Below are positions 54,090 to 64,000 of a DNA stretch of 64,000 nucleotides, piece by piece (positions within the stretch are counted from its first letter, which is position 1; each line of letters opens with the position of its first letter). The notes beneath the pieces were generated by a model, which was given only the letters and a program-made list of their open reading frames with translations, was not told the origin of the DNA and ran no database searches. The stretch comes from the human T2T-CHM13v2.0 reference genome, Homo sapiens. Both the position numbers and the translations under genes were made by a program. The stretch lies in assembly GCF_009914755.1 (NCBI RefSeq), contig NC_060936.1, one strand, 5' to 3'.

Positions 54090-57000
54090 TAGAATTATTA
54101 TGTGTTCTTGGATAATTGATTAATTTATCATTATGTAATGCTCCTTTTTATATCTAAAAATTTTGCTTGTTCTGACATCAGCTTTTTAGAATTAATACAG
54201 CTGTTCCATTTTTTTTGGGGGGGTGGGGTTAAAGTTAGTTTGACATAGATCTTCATTCTTTACTTTTAACCTATCTGCATCTTTACATTTAAATCTGGTT
54301 TCTTATAGACCACATATGTTTAGGTCTTGTTTTTATCCACTCTGAAAATCTCTGTTTTTTAACTGATGTATTTATACGATTCACATTCAAATTGATTATT
54401 AATATAATTGGATGAGTATCTACCATGTTTGTAACTATTTTCTACTCATTAAATTTGTTCTTTGTTTCTCCTCCACTCTGATTTTTCTGCCTTATCTAGT
54501 TCTGATTAATTATGTGATTCAACTTTATTTCTTCTGTTAGCATATCATTTATATAAAATTTCTTTATATTTTTATTAGTTTTCCCAAATTTTTCAGTATG
54601 TCTTTTTAAATAATCTATGTTTCCCATCAAATAATACCACACGTCTTCACAGTTAGTACACATTTCTTCTAATAGTCTTACCAATTCCTCGCAGCCATCA
54701 TTTATGGCATTACCAACATTCATTTTACTTACACGTATGTTATTAATTCCCCAATACCTTTTCACTATTGTTACTTAAATGAGATCTTTCAGATCAATTA
54801 AAATTAAGAAAAATAAATTTTTTATTTTACCTTCATATACTCTTTCTCCAATGCTTTCTTTCTCTATGTAAATCTAAGTTTATGACTTTTATCATTTTTC
54901 TTACCCTGAAGAACTTTTAAAATTTTTTGCAGGATGGGTCAGTTTATGGCTGATGGCTTCTGTTTCAAGTAACATTTTAAAGTTTAAATTTTAATATCAA
55001 ATATTTAAAAATAATTTTTAAAGTCTTTCATTTTTCAACTTTTTCTTGCAAAAACATATATCAAAAATTTCAACCTCTTTACATGTTAGAGCTAAAATCA
55101 GAATGCCTTACAATAACTTTTTAAGTAAGATAAGAGAATAAAGGAGAATGAAAATGTAATTAGATCATCTTTTGTGATTATGTACCTAATGATTTTTATT
55201 GACATTCTTTGTTTATTTGTGCACAGAATTAAATTATTGTCTTGTGTTACTTGATTTCAACCTGAAGAAATTATTTTAATATTCCCCGTAAGGCAGGTCT
55301 ATTAAGAACACATATTAAGATATTTTACTAGCCTTGGAATGTCTTTATTTCACCTTAATTTTTGAAAGATACTTTTGCCTAATGTAAAATTCTTGGTTGA
55401 CAGCTATTTCACTCTCAGCACTTTAAATATGATATCCCACTGCTTTCTGCTTTCATTGTTTCTGATGAGAAGTCAGCTGTTAATTATCCTAGGGTTGTGA
55501 TGAGTCACTTTTCCTCTTACTGCTTTCAGGATTTTCTTTTTAATTTTCAAAGTTTCGACTATAGTAGCAATCTGGTATCATTTACTGCTTTTATCCTACT
55601 TGGTATCTGTTGAGCTTTTTAGATGTATGTATTAATATTTTGCAACATATTTGTGAAGTTTGTCAACCATTATTTTTTCAAATATTTTTTCTGCCCCCTT
55701 TTCATTTTCACTTCTTCTATTACTTTTGTTTTTGTGGGTGCTTTAACTGGTATCTCACATTTCTCTGTGGCACTGTTTTTTTTTTTCATTATTTTCTCTC
55801 TCTCTCTTTTTCAGATTGTCTGATTTGTATCTATTTATGTTGAAATTCACTGATTATTGCCTCTGTTTGTTTATATTTACTATTGAACCCTCCAATAATT
55901 TTTCATTTTATTGATTACAGTTTTCAATGTTAGAATTTTTATTTTGTTCTTTTTAAAGTAATTTCTATTTCTTTGTTTATATTTTTATTTAGTGGAAAAT
56001 GTTTGTTATATTTTCTTTAATTGTTTAGACAGGGCTTTCTTTGCTCTCCGAAACCCATTTCTGTTATATCTAATACTTGTCTCAGCTCAAAAGAACTTTC
56101 ATTTATTTACTACATATGGGTTATAATTTCTGTTTCTTTGCATGTCTTGTGATATTTTTTGTTCAAAAGTGGACATTTTAGATAATATATTGTAGCAACA
56201 CTGGTACTGATCCCATTGGAAATATTATTAATATTATTATTGTTTTTTTTGGTCTTTGTTTATTTGTTTAATGAGTTGAAAGAACTAATTCTATGAAGTC
56301 TATTTCCTTCCTTAATGTGCAGCTTCTGATAACCTTGTTCAGATTTTTTCTCTTGGTTTTATTGTTTAGCAGCTATCATTCCTGTGTTACCATAGGCTGT
56401 TTATGGGTCACAGGTTGTGTTTTAGTCATCTTAGTCAGTTAGATCTTTATCCTTTACCACTGAATTTGTATGCCTGGCTTGAAGGTTGCTGTCACAGTTC
56501 CGAGTTTACCTTTTTTCCCATATATATAATCAGTAGTTTGGATGTTCCCTCTCTGATCACTCTTGAGAGGAAACATACTTGGACATGACTTTACAGCATG
56601 AAATTCTTGATTTACTGTTCTGACAAGATCGGGCACATTCAGGGTGGTATGGCCTTAGGCTTGATTTACTGTTCTAAAGAAAGTCTGTCCTCTTATAGCC
56701 TATCTCTTCCACTGGGCAGAAACTCTGTGCCACTGTACAGGAACTGAGGGTTGAAACTGAGATCCACTTCTCCCGGAGTGTGAACACTGGGTACAAGGGT
56801 AGCCCCTGCTTTACTGTCTTGTTCATCAAGCTTTGAAAATCTATCCTACAAGTGAGCTTGCATAGGGGTAGTCAAGACCCAAGTAGTCTTGGACTACTGT
56901 GTATGAAGTACAGCTTCTTCCCTGTAAGTAGGTGCTAGGTGTGGAAAGAGTTTCAGATTTTTTGGCCTTATTCACCTAAAATATACTTTTGCTATACAGT

Positions 57001-57360
57001 GCTAAGAGGTATGAGAAATACCAGTGAAACTATAGCTTTAGACTTAAAATTGAGTGTAGAGGGAGTGTCTGACTTCTTGGTTGCATGTGCCAGGAGTAGG
57101 GTTTCTGTAAGTCTGAGCAGGTGTGGGGTGTAAGGAAGGGAACAAGTAATGGTGCAATTGCCACAGATTCTGACTGTTCTTACTGAGATTTAGTAGATTT
57201 TCTTTAAGAGAGTTTCTCCATATTCTGTATGTCCTTAGGACTCTATCCAGAGACTTTATTGATGTTTTTTGTTTTTGTTTTTAAATAATTTTATCCATTT
57301 TAATAGCTGTTTTTTGGGGGGAAAGGTCTGTTGATCTCACTCTGCCATTACAAATTTAGA
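54090..57360 (-). mobile_element. Old L1M (ORF2 start, ORF1 and 5' region), fragmented
   Basis: T-rich. aaaattcttggttgacag...cagcactttaaatatgatatcccactg...tctgatgagaagtcagctgtt. Confidence 0.75.
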
Positions 57361-57477
57361 TGTTTACAAATTACTGTTTTTTCAGTTTACTAATCTGTTG
57401 TTCTGCTGTATTTCGTATGATATGACACCCACTTATGGCTTTCTTAATTTCAATTATTATAATTTCTATTTCTAGAA

Positions 57478-57687
57478 CATTGTTGTCTAATAAAACTTTC
57501 TAGGATTATAGAAATGTCCTGTATCCTGCACTATTTAACATGGTAACCACCAACCATATCTAACTGCTGAGCAGTTAAAATGCAGCTAGTGTAACTAAGG
57601 AACTGACTTTTAAATTTTACTTAACTTGAATTAATTTAAATTTAAATAGCAACAAGTGGCTAGTAGTTACTGTATTGGATAGCACCC
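57478..57687 (+). mobile_element. MER3-type hAT MITE
   Basis: Perfect 8-bp TSD TTCTAGAA at 57470-57477 and 57688-57695. ...gtggctagtagttactgtattggatagcac. Confidence 0.85.
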
Positions 57688-58271
57688 TTCTAGAATTGCC
57701 TGTTTAAAAATAGATTTTAATTCCTTGCTCAAATTCTTAATGTGTTTATTTTATTGACTATTTTATAGTTATTTTAAAGACTAAACCATCTGTTCTCTTT
57801 CTTTTGCCGGCTATTTTGTTGATTTCTTATATATTGTTCTCTTTTTTAGCATGATATATAATTTTTTATCAGATTTCTGAATTTGAGATGAAAAAATTGT
57901 AGATGTTCTAGATTATATTATCTCTCACCAAAGATAGTATAATTTTTATTTGTCAGTCAGATAAAAGACATTAGTACAAAAGACACCATTTTTATTCTCA
58001 TCCCAAGCATTTATTAATTTTGTAGCCTTATGCAAAACATGCAACAGTCTTGAACCTGTTTCTTCATCCATAAATGGGATTCATCTTGCTTAAAGCAAAG
58101 ATTGAAAGGTAAATAACCAATTTCTGAAATTTTTGGGAAATGTGCAAGGTAATATATGAGCCTAAAATTTATATGAATAATTCATTCATTCTGTATATAT
58201 TCATCAATGTTTTCATAGCTTGCTTGAAAGTAAAAGCAGGATGTTGTTGGGTAAAAATTGTTTATACTATT

Positions 58272-58993
58272 TGTTACTCCATTTGTGTTGCTCTAAAAGG
58301 AATACCTGAGATTGGGTAATTTATAAAGAAAAGAGATGTATTTGGCTCATGGTTCTGGAGGCTATACATGAAGCACAGCACTGGCATCAGCTTTTGGTGA
58401 AGACCTCAGAAAGCTTACAATCAGAGCAGATTTTTTTTTTTTTTTTTTTTTTTTTGATATGGAGTCTCGCTCTGTCACCAGACTGAAGTACAGTGACACG
58501 ATCTTGGCTCACTGCAACCTCTGCTTCCTGGGTTCGAGCGATTCTCCGGCCTCAGTCTCCCAAGCAGCTGAAACTACAGGTACGTGCCAACATGCCCAGC
58601 TAAATTTTGTGCATATATATATATAGTGGAAACGAGGTTTCACCATATTGGTCAGTATGGTCTCAATCTCTTGACCTCGTGATCTGCCCACTGGCCTCCC
58701 AAAGTGCTGGGATAACAGGTGTGAGCCACCGTGCTCTGCAAAGAGGGTGTCAGCATATTACAAGGCAAGATCGGGAGCAAGAGAGAAGAGGAAAGAGATA
58801 TCACATCCTTCTTAAACAACCAGGTCTCGGGAACTCAGAGAAAGAACTCACTCATTACCATAAGAAGGGCACCAAGCCATTCATGAGGGATCTGCCCCCA
58901 CAACCTAGACACCTCCCACCAGGCCTTACCTCCAACATTAGGGATCACATTTCAACGCGAGATTTGGAAGGCATGAACATCCAAAGTATGCTG
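58272..58993 (-). mobile_element. MST (MaLR) LTR interrupted by an Alu
   Basis: aggaatacctgagattgggtaatttataaagaaaagag...gggcaccaagccattcatgagggatctgcccc...acatttcaacgcgagatttgg. TSD ctatt/ctata. Confidence 0.85.
58431..58739 (-). mobile_element. AluS (Sc-like)
   Basis: T-run, ctctgtcaccagactg, tggtctcaatctcttgacctcgtgatc. Middle linker converted to (TA)n. Confidence 0.9.
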
Positions 58994-60912
58994 CTATAAC
59001 CAACAAGTTATTTTGTATTTATATGTGTGTTATGACTGTTTTTAATGGTCTTTGATAGAAAAAAAGTACCTGTTTTCTGAAGGCAATGAATGGTTATGAA
59101 ATCAGCTATTAATATTCCTACAATAGCAAAGTGAGAGCACATTTCAGAGTCCCTGTAGTTGCACTCTTTGGTGCAGTTTCACAGCAGTAGAAAAGAATCT
59201 CAATGCTAGCCTGAATTTTTGGCCACAGCCCAGTTATTCTGGCACACATTGAAAACTCAAGACATCAAGAGAAACAAACTTTGGGACACTCAGTGGTACC
59301 ATTTTTTAAAGCCAGATTCTTTTTCAGTGGGTTTTCACATTTCCTTATTCCAATCATTCCAATGATTGGACAAAAGAAAAATTGTTTTCTTATTTTGCAC
59401 TTTATTAAGAGGAAAAAATTTCTTTTGTACTAAAAGCTTCTTTTTCCTGTAAACAGAATGATTAACTTGAGATTGTGCCAAATAATTTCTGAGTGTCTAG
59501 ATAAGATTAAATGCCTTTATTTTGCTAAACTCATGTGTTGATATTTTCTCATTACTTTCTCTATTACTTAAGCCAAGAGGTTTTTATTAATCACTCACAA
59601 ACTTGCATCTCTGCACTAAATTCTGGCAATACTTGGAATGCTTTGATGTCATATAGTATCTGAACAGAGCAATGTTCTTGATGGTATGTAGAATAATTGT
59701 AAAATAATTTTTATTTTTTCAAAAACAAAATTATCTTCAAAAGTGCCCACCTAGGGCACACTCTTTTTAACTTACATTCTGGCAAATAACTGATATTGAC
59801 CATCCATTGCTCCTCAAAAGAAAAATGATTCCCTGTTAGACAGACTCTTAAGTTAAAAATACCTTTTAGGCATATACTTAAAGTCTCATTTCTTTTCCTA
59901 TGTCCTCCACAATGTCTTTAATGTGCTTGATTTGGGTAATAACACCCAGCAGTCACGGAAGACAGAAACAGCCACCTTGATTACTCCCTCAGCATACTTA
60001 TGCATGAACTGAGTCTTGATGCATGAACAAAAACACTTCAAGGTCATATTCCTTATCTCTCTAGGTTATTATTCTCTCTTAAGAGGAAACTACGATGCTT
60101 CCTCTCTTACCAGAATGATAATCGAGATATTAACACACGGCTTTGTCATAAATCCTAAACACAACTAAGTATAGATAAAGATCTACAACAGAGCAAAAAT
60201 TCTCTAGCACTGGATACATACACAAACTATCCTAGGCAGTTTCTCCTAACAGCTGCTAAATTACTTCTATTAATTGCAGCTTCATAAAACTAAAGAAAAG
60301 AAAAGAAAAAGAAAGAAAACAACAAGGCTGTTTAATGGCATGCCTCTGTGTTACTACTTTTCTGTATGGTACACAGCAAAGCAATCAAACATTTGGACAT
60401 TACAAATATCCTAGCAATCAATTTGATTTAAAATACTCTCCAAATGTAGATACTGCAAATGAAAAGACTCATTTCTTTTAGCCATTATTTCTAATGCTGC
60501 TAAAAAGATGCAGTTGGGGAAATGCTTATCAGAAGTACTAAATCAGCATTACAGATATATATCAAGGAACCAGATGAATCTACAATTGCAACCAATTTGT
60601 TTTTCAGACGAGGTTTTATTTTTTTTCAGACTTGATGGATGGCTGTTTTTTAAGAATAATATTTGTCTAGAATGGATTAACTCAGGAGAGTGATACAAAT
60701 ATACCCAAAAGAATGAAGAAGTGTAAGTGGAGAGTGGTATATATAAACTATATCCAGGAAGAAATGAAATAATCGAAAGGTCCATTTTATGCTTGACATT
60801 TAGAGAACAGCCCTCCAAATTTACATAGTGACAAGAATGCTGAACAAGGTCAGGACAATGGAAACTTCTTTGGCAGGATCTAGTTGTGATATCAATGGGG
60901 AAATGTCTTAAA

Positions 60913-61122
60913 CCAGGTATCTCAACCTTAGTTCTATTGACATTCTGGGCTAGGTAATTCTTTGTTGTGAGAAACTGTTCTCTGTATTCTAGAATGCTTA
61001 GGAGCATTACTGACCTCTTCCAATGCGATGCCAGTAGCACCCTCAACTGTGAAAATAAAAAATGTCTCCAGACATCGCCACTTGTTTCCTGAGGGCTAAA
61101 TTACCAGTTGTTGTAAACTACT
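60913..61122 (+). mobile_element. MER20
   Basis: tctcaacctt...attgacattctgggctaggtaattctttgttgtg...gatgccagtagcaccc...aaaatgtctccagacatcgcca. Confidence 0.85.
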
Positions 61123-61413
61123 GTTTTACATACTTTTTGGTTTTTTAATCTCTAAAGAGAGGAGTTGTGAAAAGATGTGTCTTTTCCAGCTCTGATATTC
61201 TCTGACCTGTCCAGCTATGCTCACAAAATTGATGAGAAACTCTATCTGTTCTTATCAGGTAACACCAGAACTAGCTTTTTTATGTTCTCAACTTGCAGAA
61301 ATTATAGCTAGTTTCCCCACACACAGTAAGGGAATTCCAACTGCATCTTGTGCCATATTTTGAGTTAAAATTTTACTTTGCTCGTTTTCATTCTTTATGC
61401 AGCATCTTCCGGA

Positions 61414-61515
61414 TAGGGTGGTCAACTGTCTCAGTTACCTGAGACTTTCGTGGTTTTGGCATTGAAAGTCCTGTGTCCTGAAAAAGCCCTCGATCCTGAG
61501 GAAACAGATCACTTT
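61414..61515. mobile_element. MER94/MER81-like hAT-Blackjack MITE
   Basis: tagggtggtcaactgtctcagtt...tggttttggcattgaaagtcc. Confidence 0.6.
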
Positions 61516-61699
61516 CCTTCTATAACTATTTCCACATGGTTTTGCATGTGTGTAGATATGCGTATATACAAACATGTCATGAAGAATACTATAGTACTAT
61601 TCTAATAGTGTTAGAATAGTATAGTAATAGAATAATATAGTACTCAGTTATCTTAATCTATTTTTTATTATTTTATTTTTAACATATTTTATGTTATCA

Positions 61700-62580
61700 A
61701 GTATTATTTAACTATATTATTTTAATGCATGATTATTATCTTATTCTATTAACGTACTACAGTTTATTGAATAATTTCCATATGATTAGACATTTATGCT
61801 CTTTCTAGTTTCTTTTAAAATAAAAAATCAATGCTCAATGAACATTCTAATAGTTACACATTTATGCATACCTTTTAAATATTTTTAAATTAAACATTTT
61901 AATTTTGAATAATTTAAAATATCCTACAGGATATAGATATATAACAACCCTGTATCTATTCTGTCATATTTAATTTACATTACAGAGTTAAAAAATAAAT
62001 AGAAATGAAATTTAGCAAATTAAGCTGAAGTCTGTCCTCCCTACCTCCCCACGTGTACCCACTGTCCTTAAGAAAGTGTGTGCCATTCCCATCAATGACC
62101 CTGAACATTTGTCACATACTTAATTATCTACAAAAAGCAAAAACGATTCACCAGCATTGTACATTTCCTTTTGCATCTTGAGTTTTTGCCCAACATTATT
62201 TTTTAGAGATTTATCCATGTTGATAGATCTATATTATTAGCTATAACTGCTATATAATGTTCTGTTTCATGACTGAACTTTCATTTTTCCACTCATATTT
62301 AAAGACAATTACATTTTCAAATTATTTTGCTGTCACAAACAATGTTGCATTATTTGTATATGCACAAGTATATCTGTGTATATGCATCCTCATGTACAGC
62401 ACAAAACTTCTGTAAGGTAAACAGATTTAGGAGGAAATGAGGATATGCATATCTTTAACTTCACTTCAGCTAGTTTTCTTCCTGAATGGTTATTCCAAAT
62501 AACACTTTCGGAAGTAATGTACAAGAATTCTTGCTTCTCACTGCTTTCCTAAAACTTAATATTAGCAGACCTTATATTTT
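61700..62580 (-). mobile_element. Old L1ME 3' fragments
   Basis: gagatttatccatgttgat...tttgctgtcacaaacaatgttgca...gtacaagaattcttgcttctca. Confidence 0.6.
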
Positions 62581-62804
62581 TTCCTTCTACTTCCTTTGAA
62601 TATATAACCTATCCTTTGTGATTTTTCTTTTGGGGTTTATATTATTTATTTTTCTAACTTCTTCAGCAGATTCTTAGCTCATTAATTTTTAGTCCCTTTC
62701 TCATTTTATTATGCTCTTTTAAAAGTATGAATTTCTGATTAGTATTTTTGCTGGATATGACACATTATGATTTGTAGAGCTGTTATTAATCAGTTATAAT
62801 TTTT

Positions 62805-64000
62805 TAGCAACTTTATTGAGGTAAAACTGACAATAAATGTCACATTTAAAAGTAGTCTTTTAATTTCAAATTTGTTTTATTTTAAACCATTTTTTATTTT
62901 TGATTTTTGTGGATATATAGTAGGTACGCAAATTTATTTTTTTTATAGTAAGACATTTAATTTTATTCCCTTTAATAAATGAGGAATGTGGTTTTATTCC
63001 TTCCATTGTCTGCTTCTAAAGTATAGATATAAACTTGTGTCTACTGCAGATGCAGATAAGAAACGTGGGAAGCCACAAGAAAGCCAAGTAGCCTGGGAAA
63101 AAGTGGTCATTGAGCCATGAGAAAAAATTAACATTTGATCCTGTTGGTGCCACCTGAAGGCAGAGATGGCTGAGGACCCCCGAGTGTAAGTCCAGAGAGC
63201 TCCCCTGCAGCCCCACCCTGACTTTCCAGGATGAGCCTTCTCTAGGAAGCCACTGCTCATTCAGAAAGTGAAGAACGCCTGTGTTTCCAACACCAACCCC
63301 AGCTCTGCTGACATCTCAGGATGGCAGGACCACGCGTGATGGAATACCAGGCAGGGGAGACTCAAATTTATAAGTTACATGAGATATTTTGAAACAGGCA
63401 CACAATGCATAATCACATCAGGGTAAATGGGGTATCCATTATGTCAAGCATTTATCATTTCTTTGTGTTACAAACATTCCAGTTATATGTTTAGTTATTT
63501 TAAAATGCACAATAAGTTGTTGTTGACTGTGGTCACTCCATTGTGCTATCAAATAGTAGATCTTATCTTATTCATTCTATCTAACTATATTTTTGTATCC
63601 ATTAACCAGCCCCACTTCTCACTTCTCCAGCTTCCATTCCCAGCCTCTGGTAACCATCATTCTACTATCTATCTCCAGGAATTCAATTGTTTTAATTTTT
63701 AGTCTCCACAAATCAGTGAGAACACGCAGTTTATCTTTCTGTGTCTCTCTTATTTCACTTAACATAATATCCTCCAGCTCCATCCATGTTGCTGCAAATG
63801 ATAGAATCTCATCTTTTTTTCAATTGCTGAATAGTACTCCGAAACAGTGTGTATTTGGTAAGTGCTGATATATGTAAACACCACTGAAGTCTTCAGCAAA
63901 ATCAGAATAATGAACATGTGTCAATCCCAAAAACTTCTATCTGTCTTCTTTGTATTTCATTTCTCCCATCCCTCTACCCCCATCCCCCATCCCCAGGCAA
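62805..64000 (-). mobile_element. L1MB-type 3' end (62805-62855 and 63845-64000) interrupted by an L1MA 3' end (~62870-63840)
   Basis: caactttattgaggtaaaactgac...cacatttaaaag resumes as gtgtgtatttggtaag...atcagaataatgaacat. Inner L1MA: tagtagg...tacatgagatattttga...catcagggtaaatggggtatcc. Confidence 0.8.
62937..63359 (-). pseudogene. Retroposed polyadenylated sequence (5'-truncated processed-transcript 3' end or orphan L1 3' transduction), source unidentified
   Basis: TSD acgcaaatttat (62926-62937) / actcaaatttat (63360-63371). T-run 62937-62944. Minus-strand AATAAA at 62962-62967 and 62993-62998. It interrupts an otherwise continuous L1MA. Confidence 0.75.

Noticed and set aside
60549-61046. 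Longest ORF in the window, 165 aa
   Set aside because: Begins in antisense MER20 at a non-ATG codon and has no recognisable domain.

Overview
This is AT-rich primate, most likely human, non-coding DNA (intergenic or deep intronic). It is dominated by fossil transposable elements: Alu (J/S/Y, FLAM), L1PA/L1M, L2, MIR, ERV1/ERVL/MaLR LTRs, a full-length THE1 provirus nested in a decayed ERVL provirus, and hAT MITEs. I found no credible host protein-coding exon, RNA gene, CRISPR array or prokaryotic-type system. The recognisable ORFs in the track are repeat-derived and the rest look spurious. The most notable observations are: (1) a ~420-bp polyadenylated, TSD-flanked retroposed insert of unidentified origin inside an L1MA (62.9-63.4 kb); (2) a short copy of the L1 3' end at 33.26 kb found 2.6 kb upstream, with 48 identical bases and junctional micro-repeats; (3) a perfect 20/20 p53 response element in a MER61-like LTR that split an AluJ; (4) a dense AP-1/ETS/RUNX/E-box cluster overlapping a possible non-coding exon at 21.6 kb; (5) a 14-bp inverted repeat enclosing a ~21-bp degenerate tandem array at 34.6 kb; (6) two twin-primed, 5'-inverted L1s. 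Repeat subfamily names come from recalled consensus sequences, not database searches, and boundaries of old repeats are approximate. I cannot identify the locus, and I see no evidence of a new multi-gene biological system.
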